From Dehalococcoidia bacterium (lineage in GTDB: Bacteria > Chloroflexota > Dehalococcoidia > UBA2979): a DNA stretch of 64,000 nucleotides. The notes under the pieces were generated by a model, which was not told the origin of the DNA, made no database searches, and was given only the letters and a program-made list of their open reading frames with translations. The stretch lies in the NCBI GenBank assembly GCA_045562675.1, contig JBJKVL010000008.1:67775-131774 (forward strand). Reading direction: 5' to 3'. This document shows positions 37,139-46,782 of the stretch, piece after piece. Made by a program: the position numbers and the translations under genes. Every line of letters starts with the position of its first letter. The first letter of the stretch is position 1.

Positions 37139-38338
37139 TTATTGCATCTTTTGAACTGCGCGATTTGCTGCTTCAAACATAGAGACTGATCGATCTACAT
37201 ATTCGACGCCATATTTATCTAAAATTTTAAATCCTTCTTCTTCCCATGAACCAGGAATCCTAAAAATTGCTATCTTATCTTTTGGATCGAAACCAGCATC
37301 TATAACACCTTTGATGACACCTCGTGCAACAACATCTACTCGAGTATTTGACACTACATTCATCATAACTGCAATTTTATCAACTCCTGGTTTTGTAACA
37401 ATGAGCTTAGTTAAGTCAGCTGTTTTTTTCACAGATGGATTACCTCCTATTTCACAATAATTAGCAGGATTCCCACCAGCATTTCTAACTGCATCAAAGA
37501 GAGTGAGTGAGCCACCACCTGCACCAATAATCAAACCCAGATTTCCCTCAAATTCTGTCACATTTCCAGCGACCCCTCTAGTATCTTGTGCGTCTACTAG
37601 GGCACCATTAATTTCAAATTCTGTAGGTGGTCTAGATTGGCGATTATCTTCTATGTCGATATTTAAATCTTTCAATAGAGCAGCATGCGCATTTTTTGCT
37701 TCAGACTCCATATCCATATGACCATCTAGGGCTATGAAGCTATTATCTGTGAGTTTTGCAATTGGATTAATTTCAGATAGTGTAAGATCATATTCTATAA
37801 AAATATCGATAAGTTTTTTTAACATTCTTGATAACTGTCCTAGGTCTCTGCCAGTTATACCAACATTTGAAACAGCTAGCTTTGCATGATAATCTGATGC
37901 CGGACGAAGATTTGGAAGATGAGTCCTGGATAGATGTTCAGGGTGTTTTTCTGCAACCTCTTCAATGTCAATACCACCCATATCACTGAAAATTACCACA
38001 GGTTTTTTTGCTACACCATCCCAGGTTACTGCTGCATAATATTCTTGTTCTATAGGGGATTTAGGCTCAACAATAACTCCTATAGGGCTTTGATTGTTGA
38101 TCGTGATATTCATTATTTCTTCGGTCACTTTTTGAACTTCGTTAGCATTATTAGCAAATTTTACTCCTCCAGCTTTCATTCTACCGCCAGATAATACTTG
38201 AGCTTTAATAACAACTTCCTGATCAAGTGATTGAAAAATTTGCACAGCCTCTTCTGCAGTATATGCAATTTTGCCCTCAGGAATTGGAACTCCAAATTTT
38301 CTTAAAATTTGCTTGGCTTCAAATTCATAAAATCTCAT
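37139..38338 (-). CDS. Succinyl-CoA synthetase beta-subunit-like (ATP-grasp) CoA ligase subunit, divergent
   Basis: 399 aa. N-terminal YEFEAKQILRKFGVPIP and KAQVLSGGRMKAGGVKF. The C-terminal substrate/CoA region (IIGAGGGSLTLFDAV..NPANYCEIGGNPS, MMNVVSNTRVDVVARG) clearly departs from canonical SucC and MtkA as I remember them. Confidence 0.8.
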   Translation of the reverse strand: MRFYEFEAKQILRKFGVPIPEGKIAYTAEEAVQIFQSLDQEVVIKAQVLSGGRMKAGGVKFANNANEVQKVTEEIMNITINNQSPIGVIVEPKSPIEQEYYAAVTWDGVAKKPVVIFSDMGGIDIEEVAEKHPEHLSRTHLPNLRPASDYHAKLAVSNVGITGRDLGQLSRMLKKLIDIFIEYDLTLSEINPIAKLTDNSFIALDGHMDMESEAKNAHAALLKDLNIDIEDNRQSRPPTEFEINGALVDAQDTRGVAGNVTEFEGNLGLIIGAGGGSLTLFDAVRNAGGNPANYCEIGGNPSVKKTADLTKLIVTKPGVDKIAVMMNVVSNTRVDVVARGVIKGVIDAGFDPKDKIAIFRIPGSWEEEGFKILDKYGVEYVDRSVSMFEAANRAVQKMQ

Positions 38339-38375
38339 AAAACCTCTATCAAAAGTTATAGTTCACTGAACTAAT

Positions 38376-39428
38376 TTATAAATTGTATAATTTTGCTAAG
38401 TCTTTATCACGTTTTGCAATTAATTCAGCTGTCTTGATCATGACTTGAGCTTGTTTAACTGTTGCATCATCTTGCATTTTCCCATCAATCATCGCTACGC
38501 CAGAACCATCACCCATTTCTGTAATAATTTTTTTAGCAAAAATCACTTCTTCAGGAGGAGGGCTGAATACTTTTTTCGCAATGTCTATCTGTGATGGATG
38601 AATAGACCATGCGCCTACACATCCCATTAAAAATGCATTTCTAAATTGATCTTCACAAGCAAGGCTATCGCCAATATCACCAAATGGTCCATAAAAAGGG
38701 AATATATTTGCAATACTGCAAGCATCTACCATTCTTGCCATTGTATAGTGCCACAAATCTTGTTGCGCAGTTTGTCTTTCATCTTCTGGATTGGACTCAT
38801 TAGGGTCATTTCTCACTAAATAACCAGGATGTCCGCCTCCAACTCGTGTCGTTTTCATTCTTCTGGAAGCAGCTAAATCAGCTGGTCCTAAACTTATGCC
38901 TTGCATTCTTGGGCTGGCTATTGCAATGTCTTCAACATTTGCTACTCCGATTGCAGTTTCAAGAATTGCGTGGATCATAATTGGTTTCTTAATATTATTT
39001 TTTGCTTCTAATTGAGCAAGAAGCTGGTCTAAAAAATTGATATCCCATGGACCGTTTACTTTAGGCAACATGATTACATCTAGCTTGTTTCCTATCTCAT
39101 TTACTAAAGTTATTACATCATCAAGGAACCACGGACTATCTAAACTATTTACTCTTGTCCATAGCATAGTATCTTTAAAATCATTTGCATTGGCTATTGT
39201 GACGAGACCATCTCTAGCTGCTATTTTATTATCTGAAGCTACAGCATCTTCTAAATTACCTAGTAATACATCTACTGTTGGGATAATGTCTTTCATCTTG
39301 TCAATCATTCTAGAATTGCTGGGATCAAAAAAATGAATCATTCTCATTGGGACAGCAGGTATCTGTTTTAGTGGCTCAGGTGCACCTATTGCAAGAGGTT
39401 CATAAAATGACTTAGGATTGATATACAT
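38376..39428 (-). CDS. mcl: Malyl-CoA / beta-methylmalyl-CoA / citramalyl-CoA lyase (HpcH/CitE family, Chloroflexus Mcl type)
   Basis: 350 aa. [81 protein letters not shown]. All match my recollection of the trifunctional Chloroflexus Mcl. SD AAGGAG. Confidence 0.8.
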   Translation of the reverse strand: MYINPKSFYEPLAIGAPEPLKQIPAVPMRMIHFFDPSNSRMIDKMKDIIPTVDVLLGNLEDAVASDNKIAARDGLVTIANANDFKDTMLWTRVNSLDSPWFLDDVITLVNEIGNKLDVIMLPKVNGPWDINFLDQLLAQLEAKNNIKKPIMIHAILETAIGVANVEDIAIASPRMQGISLGPADLAASRRMKTTRVGGGHPGYLVRNDPNESNPEDERQTAQQDLWHYTMARMVDACSIANIFPFYGPFGDIGDSLACEDQFRNAFLMGCVGAWSIHPSQIDIAKKVFSPPPEEVIFAKKIITEMGDGSGVAMIDGKMQDDATVKQAQVMIKTAELIAKRDKDLAKLYNL

Positions 39429-39467
39429 TATTGTCTCCTTGTAACATGATAATTTCTTTTTTAATCT

Positions 39468-40280
39468 TCAGTCAATTGAATTATTTACTAAAAAATAGTT
39501 TACAAGCCATCCAGTTGCAATCAGAATGAGACCAAAAATAAAAATAGTTATTGATGTCATTTGAATTTGAGAGGCAAATTGATTCACATAGTTTTGATAA
39601 AATTCGGTAAGATCATTGATTGGGAAAAGGACATTCATTATAATTTTTATACCAAGACCAAAAGCTAATAAGGGAAAAGCTGCACCGCAGATACTTGTTC
39701 CAATTAGTAAAAATGCTTTATTGAAATTAGACCATATCAATCCGATTGACATCACAAAAAAAACAAATATAGCTATTTGACTCATAGCATTGAATGTTTC
39801 CAGCGATTTTTTTGAAAGTAAGTTATAAAAATTATAAATTAAGTATCTATTCTTATTTTCTCGATATGATAGCTCTACTGCACTATCAGTAAATGCTTGA
39901 CTACCTAAAATATATAATTCGTTTGCCATGCTCGTTTGTAAGTATGTAGTTAAATCATTAACTTGTAGATCTTTTTGTGACTTACCGAAAGAGACATTAG
40001 CTATTGGAATATAATTGTTTAAATTTGATTCATCTAGGAGAATTTCTGTGTTTCTTTCATTCAACAGGTACTTGGCTGTATTTTCAATGTCTGCAAACCA
40101 TGAAATAGACTCACTAATTATCTCTTTTGCGTTATTTTCATTTTTGAGATTTTTGATATGAAGTGAAAAGATTAAAGTAAATACTGCAAGAAAGATTACA
40201 AATGACATAACAATATTTATAAGGTTATTTTGATTACCATTTTTATTTGAAACAATGAATTTTTCTTCATATGATTCCAT
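39468..40280 (-). CDS. Hypothetical integral membrane protein (N-terminal TM, ~110-aa external domain, 3-4 C-terminal TMs)
   Basis: Hydrophobic segments only. Lies 39 nt upstream of mcl on the same strand with no intervening hairpin. Confidence 0.45.
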   Translation of the reverse strand: MESYEEKFIVSNKNGNQNNLINIVMSFVIFLAVFTLIFSLHIKNLKNENNAKEIISESISWFADIENTAKYLLNERNTEILLDESNLNNYIPIANVSFGKSQKDLQVNDLTTYLQTSMANELYILGSQAFTDSAVELSYRENKNRYLIYNFYNLLSKKSLETFNAMSQIAIFVFFVMSIGLIWSNFNKAFLLIGTSICGAAFPLLAFGLGIKIIMNVLFPINDLTEFYQNYVNQFASQIQMTSITIFIFGLILIATGWLVNYFLVNNSID

Positions 40281-40437
40281 GGGCCCTACTTTCAGTTGAA
40301 GTCAAAAATAATTTTACTAATGTTTATTTCGTTATTGCAATATATATGTTGAATTAAAAAAGAAAGATGTAATTATTTTTTTCTACTCTTTTCAATTAAA
40401 ACATATAGGAGTACACTTTGCTAATTCTAATAGAAGA

Positions 40438-41931
40438 TTGAAGTGTATTGTGCCGAACTTAGGACAATATAACCAAGATGAAGATATTTTTTACAAAATG
40501 CGTCAAAGCATCTCTGGGAGATTATCGCGTACAGTTGATGTTGTAGAGCCACAATCACAAAAAAACACCACTCAACATCGTCCTACTCTTATATATTTAT
40601 TAATTGGGCTATTGTCACTGATATTTCTTGGAGCCTTTTTGTTAATGCTTCCAGTTTCTAGTCAGTCAGGGAATGCAACTGATTTTATTACCGCCTTATA
40701 CACTAGTACATCAGCAGTTTGTGTAACAGGTCTGGTCGTAGTTGACACGGGCACATATTGGAGTGGCTTTGGCCAATTGATCATTTTTACTCTTTTTCAA
40801 CTTGGCGGCTTAGGCTTTATGACCTCTGCAACTCTTATCATTGCAATCTTTTTGGGTAAAAATATCAGTCTTAGTGAACGTTTAAGATTTAGAAGTGCAA
40901 ATTTACAGGGTGCTGGACTAGATGCTACTACAGGCCGTATGGGTAAATTTGAATTACGTTCATTAATCTTGAATGTCGTAAAATTGACATTATTTATAGA
41001 ATTTGTTGGAATTTTTTGTATACTTCTCATCCAATATTTTGGTGGACAAAACCTGAGTATAGATTTTATATGGCGAACAGTATTTACTTCTGTCTCCGCA
41101 TTTACAAATGCTGGTTTTGATATTGAGGGTAATTTCCAAAGTTTAATCGGCTTGCAATCAGAACCATTTACTTTGATCGTGCTTGCAATTTTAGTACTTT
41201 TTGGAGCTACAGGGTATTCAATTTGGATCGATGTACTATACAAGAAAAAATGGCATAATTTCACGGTCGATACAAAAATTGTTCTCGCTGCTTCTTTTAG
41301 TTTTATAGTGCTTGGTGCAGTTGCTTTGCTAATATCTGAATATTCTTCTGGGGTTTTATCAACTATGAGTAATGTGCAAGCGATATTTATATCTATCATT
41401 AATTCTATTTTTGTTCGAACAGCTGGTTTTTCTATTATTGAATATGATCAAATTCCAGATCAGTTACTTTATCTTTTTAGTGGTTTGATGTTTATTGGAG
41501 GCGCATCGGGTTCATGTGCTGGAGGTATTAAACTTACAACCTTTATTATTTTAGGCTATGCAATTATTGCATCTGTTCGTGGTCAGGATTATATAAATGT
41601 CAATCGAACAGAAATCCCTTGGCGTTTTGTGCATCAAGGCTTGAGTATTGCTCTCCTATCTTTAGGCCTAGTGTTTGTTACGATTTTTATGCTATCTGCT
41701 ACATTGGACGCTAACTTCATGCATATCGTTTTTGAAGCTATTTCAGCATTTTCAACAAATGGTACAACTACTGGTATAACACGAAGCTTAAATACTGTTG
41801 GTGAGATCACTTCTATTTTGACGATGTTTATTGGTCGTATCGGACCATTAACATTGGCATTAATTCTTGCTGAACGTTTTGAACGAAAACAAGTTATGCG
41901 TTATCCTGAAGGGGAAATAGCAATTGGTTAA
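40438..41931 (+). CDS. ktrB: TrkH/KtrB family potassium transporter membrane subunit
   Basis: Repeated pore-loop motifs (SAVCVTGL, FTNAGFD, RTAGFS, FSTNGTTTG). Likely true start at ATG 40498. Confidence 0.85.
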   Translation: MKCIVPNLGQYNQDEDIFYKMRQSISGRLSRTVDVVEPQSQKNTTQHRPTLIYLLIGLLSLIFLGAFLLMLPVSSQSGNATDFITALYTSTSAVCVTGLVVVDTGTYWSGFGQLIIFTLFQLGGLGFMTSATLIIAIFLGKNISLSERLRFRSANLQGAGLDATTGRMGKFELRSLILNVVKLTLFIEFVGIFCILLIQYFGGQNLSIDFIWRTVFTSVSAFTNAGFDIEGNFQSLIGLQSEPFTLIVLAILVLFGATGYSIWIDVLYKKKWHNFTVDTKIVLAASFSFIVLGAVALLISEYSSGVLSTMSNVQAIFISIINSIFVRTAGFSIIEYDQIPDQLLYLFSGLMFIGGASGSCAGGIKLTTFIILGYAIIASVRGQDYINVNRTEIPWRFVHQGLSIALLSLGLVFVTIFMLSATLDANFMHIVFEAISAFSTNGTTTGITRSLNTVGEITSILTMFIGRIGPLTLALILAERFERKQVMRYPEGEIAIG

Positions 41932-41951
41932 TAGTAATAAAAGGAAACTCT

Positions 41952-42614
41952 ATGTCTGGAAATAAACAACAAATTGCAGTAATTGGTTTAGGACGATTCG
42001 GGACAGCTGTTGCAGAAGAGCTATCTAAAGCTGGACATGAAGTCATTGGAATTGACTCTGATCGTAATATAGTGCAAAAGATTGCTACGAAAATTCCACA
42101 TGCAGTTCAAGTTGATGCAGTTGATGAAAATGCCTTAAGACAACTAGGCATTGAATCATATGACGCTGCTGTTGTTGGCATTACTGATGAACTTGAGAAT
42201 AGCATTTTGATCACTTTAGTTTTAAAACATTTAAATGTAAAGCAAATAATCGTTAAAGCACGTAATGAAATGCATGGTGAAATTTTACAACGTGTTGGCG
42301 CAGATAGAATTGTGTATCCAGAAAGAGACACTGGATTGCGGCTAGCGCATACTTGGACTTCCGCAGATATTACTGACTCACTTGATATTGTAGATGGTTA
42401 TGAAATTATTCGAGTAACTTTGCCAGAAAGATTAGATGGTATGACGGTCAGTAAAGTTGTTGACGATCTTGAAGAAGTGCAATTAATTATGATTGCTAGG
42501 GATTCACAAGTCATTGAGTTTCCTGATTCATCTGAGGTATTACATTTAGGTGATGTATTAGCACTATCAGGTAAGGTCAAAGAAATTGAGAAATTTTTCT
42601 TGGAATCTGAATAA
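41952..42614 (+). CDS. ktrA: TrkA/KtrA RCK-domain potassium uptake regulatory subunit
   Basis: IAVIGLGRFGTAV Rossmann motif plus a C-terminal TrkA-C domain. 220 aa. Confidence 0.85.
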   Translation: MSGNKQQIAVIGLGRFGTAVAEELSKAGHEVIGIDSDRNIVQKIATKIPHAVQVDAVDENALRQLGIESYDAAVVGITDELENSILITLVLKHLNVKQIIVKARNEMHGEILQRVGADRIVYPERDTGLRLAHTWTSADITDSLDIVDGYEIIRVTLPERLDGMTVSKVVDDLEEVQLIMIARDSQVIEFPDSSEVLHLGDVLALSGKVKEIEKFFLESE

Positions 42615-42616
42615 AA

Positions 42617-45616
42617 TTACTGCCAAGGATAGTTGTCTACATGAATTAATGATGAACCATTAAATCCACCTAATGTCGGATGATTGGATTCAATTTTTAT
42701 TCGGTAGATCCCATCTTTCACTTGTTTTGTGTTCCATTTGATATCAATGACGTTGCCTCGTTCAACGATATTTGCAGATAAATTAAGCCATTCAGTAGGG
42801 GCAACCCCAGAACCCAGCAGTATATTATATGAAAAATCTGAATTGTTAAATGCCTGTATTTCTAAATCATCTTTTGCAATAATTCCTTCAGGTGAAATAT
42901 TAAAACCAATCTGTGGAAATTTGATTTCTTCAAAATTGTTGTTTTCTAAAGATACTTCTATCTCATATTCAATAAAATTAAAATTTTTATCATTGACTAA
43001 TAATTTAATTCTATATTCGCCTTGAGGTAAGCTGCTACTATTCCATATTCCGAGTAATCCATTTAATACTTTTTGATCAGATTGCTTCATCATGAACCAT
43101 GTTTGTGGTTGATTCACTGGCTGCCATAATAATTCATAACCAAGAAAATCTGGTGAGGTAGCTCTCCCTTCAATTGCTATTGAGCCACTAATCGCTTGAT
43201 TATAACTTGGAGAGGTTATCTTTGACAAAGCTTCACTCCAGTATCCATCTTTTACTGGTGCTGCTAAATCAGTCAGTCTATTTTTTGCAGCCCAATTTCT
43301 ATATCCATCCCATTCATCTATTTCTTTCAGTGGCAACGTCAGTCTTAATTCTTTCGTACGCATTGTTAAAGGAGTATCAAAGGTTGGGAGGAGACCTGTT
43401 CGCTTATCAATTTCAATCTCTTGCCACCATGTATCTTTCAAATTATCTTCTTCAGCTTCATTCCTGGGTAAATTATCAGCAGGGAATATGCCAACAAATC
43501 TTCTGTCTTCAGGACATTCATCAGATGGTATTTTCCCAGACGGCCAACATAGCTCCTTTTCTTGTAAGCCTGTTGGCCGATTAAAACGTGCAACTGCTAA
43601 ATCTAAGTAATCATGTGATTTAATCATGAAATCACGCCAAATTTTATGTGAAACAGTTGTAGAAAATATATTTTGCATTGGTTCATTATTTGAATTACCA
43701 TACCAATTTCCTGACACAATTTGAGGTGTATACCCAATGGTCCAGGTTTCACCGATACATCTGTCCTTGCACGCATCTTTTTCTTCTTCTTCAAAAGGCT
43801 CACTGGTTCCTGTCTTTTGTGCTGATGGTCTTGAGCCTAAAACAAGTGTATTGCAACCAAAAATTTCACAGGTATTCTCTCCATTTGACAAAATACTTGT
43901 AATAAGGAATGTGAAATTGCTTTCGATTACTCGACGTTTTGTTGATGTATTATCAAGTACAATGTCGCCATTATCCTTGGTAATGCTTAAGATTGATATT
44001 GGATCTAGCGCTCTTTCTTGGGCATCTCTATCAAAAATAGTTTTCTGACCTACCATAGTGCCCTGATTAGCTAAGACCGAGTATGCATAGGTGATATCTT
44101 CAAGCGTGATATCTACGCCACCAAGTGTTAAGGCGGGACCATAGCCACTTTTTGAATCTAAAGTCGTAAATCCAATTTGTTTTAAAAATTTTACTGTATC
44201 ATTGACCCCAGCATATAAAATTGCTTTTAGTGCAGGCACATTTAATGAGTTTCCTAATGCCTTAGCAGTAGTGGCAACTCCTAAGTACTTGCCCCCCGGA
44301 TTTTTTGGTTCAAAGTATTCTCCTGAAGCAGGGTCATATACTTTTGCAGGCGCATCTACAATGCCAGTGCCGCTTGTCCACCCTTTTCTAAATGCTTGTA
44401 AATACGTGAATGGTTTCAGCGTCGAACCAGGTGAATTTTTAGAAGTTATATTATCATTCCTTCCTTCTATCTCATCACTAAAATAATCACGGCTTCCGAT
44501 ATATACTAATATTTCGCTTGTTTTGACATCTAATGCCATCAATGCACCATTATGACCAAGTGAATCTTCTTCAAATTTCGCTATCCATTCCTCTAGTACT
44601 TCTTGGCCAATTTTTTGTAGATTGTAGTCTATTGTTGTGACTATGTTTAATCCATCTGAAAAAATTGCTCTATCGCCATATCTCGCACTGACCTCATCAG
44701 CAATGCGACCTAAAACAAAATGCGGTGCTTTTATTTCAAATTGATAAGGTTGCAAATTAATAGATTGAGTAACTGCTAATTCTAACTCACCGATAGTTAT
44801 TCTTTGATTGGCAAGCATTAGTTGCAACACTTCGTTCTGGCGCATTTTAGCCTGATCAAAATTTTTGTAGGGATTATATTTGACTGGAGATTGTGGAATA
44901 CCTGCTAAGAAAGCTGATTCTGCTAATGTTAAATCATATGCAGATTTACCAAAATATCCTTCGGATGCTGCTTGAATACCAACATAAATTCCTCCATAAG
45001 AAATTGAATTTAAGTACCATTCGAGTATCTGTTCTTTTTCATATTTTTCTGTTAGCTCTAATGCAATAATGGTTTCTTTTAATTTACGATCAATGGTACG
45101 CAAATATCGTTCTTCTCTTGGAATGTAAAGATTTTTTGCTAATTGTTGTGTAATTGATGAGCCACCTGAACCTGCAAAGAAACCAAGGTTACCAAATGGA
45201 ATAAAGTTTTCATATGCAGCTCGCATTAATCCAGCTGCATTCAAGCCATTATTTGTAAAAAATGTTTTATCCTCTGTAGCGATCGTTGCTTGAATAAGAA
45301 ATTGTGAAATGTTTTCTAATTCAACAGGTCGACGTAATCCTTCATATTCGTCAACAAATTGGTATAACAAAAGTCCATTTCTGTCGTATATTTTTGCACC
45401 ACCTCTTGGCATCTTTGCAAATAATTCTTCTGCAGGCACAACATTGTCTTTGATAGAATTAATTTTATCTTGTAGCCAAATGCCAAAAATAACAGTTATG
45501 GCAATGATTATGAGAAGAGTGATCGTTAAAAATGAAATTGACCCAACAAGAAATACCTTATTTTTTTTAGTTGTTTCTTTTCTTTTTTTAATTAGGGAAC
45601 GAAGCTTATGTTGCAC
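42617..45616 (-). CDS. Class A penicillin-binding protein (PBP1A: glycosyltransferase + transpeptidase) with ~200-aa C-terminal tandem-domain extension
   Basis: N-terminal TM helix. GT51 motifs EDKTFFTNNG and GGSSITQQLAKN. Transpeptidase SPGSTLKP (SxxK). 999 aa. Confidence 0.9.
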   Translation of the reverse strand: MQHKLRSLIKKRKETTKKNKVFLVGSISFLTITLLIIIAITVIFGIWLQDKINSIKDNVVPAEELFAKMPRGGAKIYDRNGLLLYQFVDEYEGLRRPVELENISQFLIQATIATEDKTFFTNNGLNAAGLMRAAYENFIPFGNLGFFAGSGGSSITQQLAKNLYIPREERYLRTIDRKLKETIIALELTEKYEKEQILEWYLNSISYGGIYVGIQAASEGYFGKSAYDLTLAESAFLAGIPQSPVKYNPYKNFDQAKMRQNEVLQLMLANQRITIGELELAVTQSINLQPYQFEIKAPHFVLGRIADEVSARYGDRAIFSDGLNIVTTIDYNLQKIGQEVLEEWIAKFEEDSLGHNGALMALDVKTSEILVYIGSRDYFSDEIEGRNDNITSKNSPGSTLKPFTYLQAFRKGWTSGTGIVDAPAKVYDPASGEYFEPKNPGGKYLGVATTAKALGNSLNVPALKAILYAGVNDTVKFLKQIGFTTLDSKSGYGPALTLGGVDITLEDITYAYSVLANQGTMVGQKTIFDRDAQERALDPISILSITKDNGDIVLDNTSTKRRVIESNFTFLITSILSNGENTCEIFGCNTLVLGSRPSAQKTGTSEPFEEEEKDACKDRCIGETWTIGYTPQIVSGNWYGNSNNEPMQNIFSTTVSHKIWRDFMIKSHDYLDLAVARFNRPTGLQEKELCWPSGKIPSDECPEDRRFVGIFPADNLPRNEAEEDNLKDTWWQEIEIDKRTGLLPTFDTPLTMRTKELRLTLPLKEIDEWDGYRNWAAKNRLTDLAAPVKDGYWSEALSKITSPSYNQAISGSIAIEGRATSPDFLGYELLWQPVNQPQTWFMMKQSDQKVLNGLLGIWNSSSLPQGEYRIKLLVNDKNFNFIEYEIEVSLENNNFEEIKFPQIGFNISPEGIIAKDDLEIQAFNNSDFSYNILLGSGVAPTEWLNLSANIVERGNVIDIKWNTKQVKDGIYRIKIESNHPTLGGFNGSSLIHVDNYPWQ

Positions 45617-45625
45617 TTAATCCAC

Positions 45626-46396
45626 CTAGTTTATCTTTTTAACAATCATAAAATGGGAAATACCAAAGCATGCAAAGACCCCGTTTTCAATTTTGTATAA
45701 AATGCGTCTTAAAATCTTTGCAAGGAATTTAGAACGTCTTTCAATATTGTTAAATCCCGGGAAGATATAACCGTGATGTTCGATTTTCATACTATTTGTT
45801 GTAAATAGTTTTTCAATACTCTTTTTTGAATAGACACGAGCATGCGGGACAAGTTTGTTTCTAATTTTTTTTGGAAACCAATTAATGAATGGGATATTTC
45901 TGAAAATAAATTTTTTACCGATATAACATCCGTGTGTCTCAAATGGAAATAGAATATTCGGGGCAAAAATGATAGCAATGCCTCGATTTGCTAGGACTCG
46001 TTCAATTTCTGATACAACTTTTACCTCATTATCTACATGTTCAATCACTTCATTTAATATAATTGCATCTATTGTAGAATTTTTGAAAGGTAAAAATTCT
46101 CCTACTGCACTCATGTACTCAAGTATATTGGTATTTTGATTTGCTTCTTCAATTTTTTTTGCTTTTTCTATGCGTTCTGTTTCAACATCTAATCCAAAGA
46201 CATTGTATCCTTTTTGATATATTTTTTGCGTATATGCACCTACCCCACATCCAATATCGATAATATTTTTTGCAGAAATTTTTGTTAAGTGTGCTTCAAT
46301 TAAAGTTAGTCGACGCTCTTGTCCAGATTGCCAAACATATGTTGGATTTCCGAGTTTTGTACTTGCGATTGAATTATTAATATCTTTTTTATTCAT
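45626..46396 (-). CDS. Class I SAM-dependent methyltransferase
   Basis: Motif I IIDIGCGVGAY, and post-I/II motifs (VFGLDV, IILNEVIEHV). Confidence 0.8.
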   Translation of the reverse strand: MNKKDINNSIASTKLGNPTYVWQSGQERRLTLIEAHLTKISAKNIIDIGCGVGAYTQKIYQKGYNVFGLDVETERIEKAKKIEEANQNTNILEYMSAVGEFLPFKNSTIDAIILNEVIEHVDNEVKVVSEIERVLANRGIAIIFAPNILFPFETHGCYIGKKFIFRNIPFINWFPKKIRNKLVPHARVYSKKSIEKLFTTNSMKIEHHGYIFPGFNNIERRSKFLAKILRRILYKIENGVFACFGISHFMIVKKIN

Positions 46397-46482
46397 TTTT
46401 ATCTCTAAGAATTATATAACACATTGATAGGCTTTACACTTAATATGTGATAGCTTAAATCTTTCAGGGAAAGAGAATTCTC

Positions 46483-46770
46483 ATGTCGTTATCAGAGAAA
46501 GATATAGAATATGTTGCTAAATTGGCACGTATTTCAATTGATCAGAATGATTTAAATGATTTTGCTGATGATCTGAGTGTATGTCTTGATTATTTTGCAT
46601 TAATTAACGAGATTGATACATCCAATGTAAATCCAACTGCTCAATCAAATAATCTCAACAATGTCATGCGCGAAGATGAGGTAAAAGACAATATGCAGAT
46701 AGATGAAGTCTTGAGTAATGCCCCAGAACATATTGATGGTTTTATTAAGATCCCAAAAGTTATTGATTAA
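46483..46770 (+). CDS. gatC: Asp/Glu-tRNA(Asn/Gln) amidotransferase subunit C
   Basis: 95 aa. VAKLARISI...L, directly upstream of gatA. Confidence 0.85.
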   Translation: MSLSEKDIEYVAKLARISIDQNDLNDFADDLSVCLDYFALINEIDTSNVNPTAQSNNLNNVMREDEVKDNMQIDEVLSNAPEHIDGFIKIPKVID

Positions 46771-46782
46771 CAGGATAAAGAA

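Noticed and set aside
36231-38338. Treating the SCS-like pair simply as housekeeping sucCD
   Set aside because: Not fully rejected. The alpha subunit is fairly canonical. However, the beta subunit diverges in the substrate-side motifs, and the genes sit between a malyl-CoA lyase and a ferredoxin. I therefore report them as SCS-like with unresolved substrate. A whole-genome check for another sucCD is needed.
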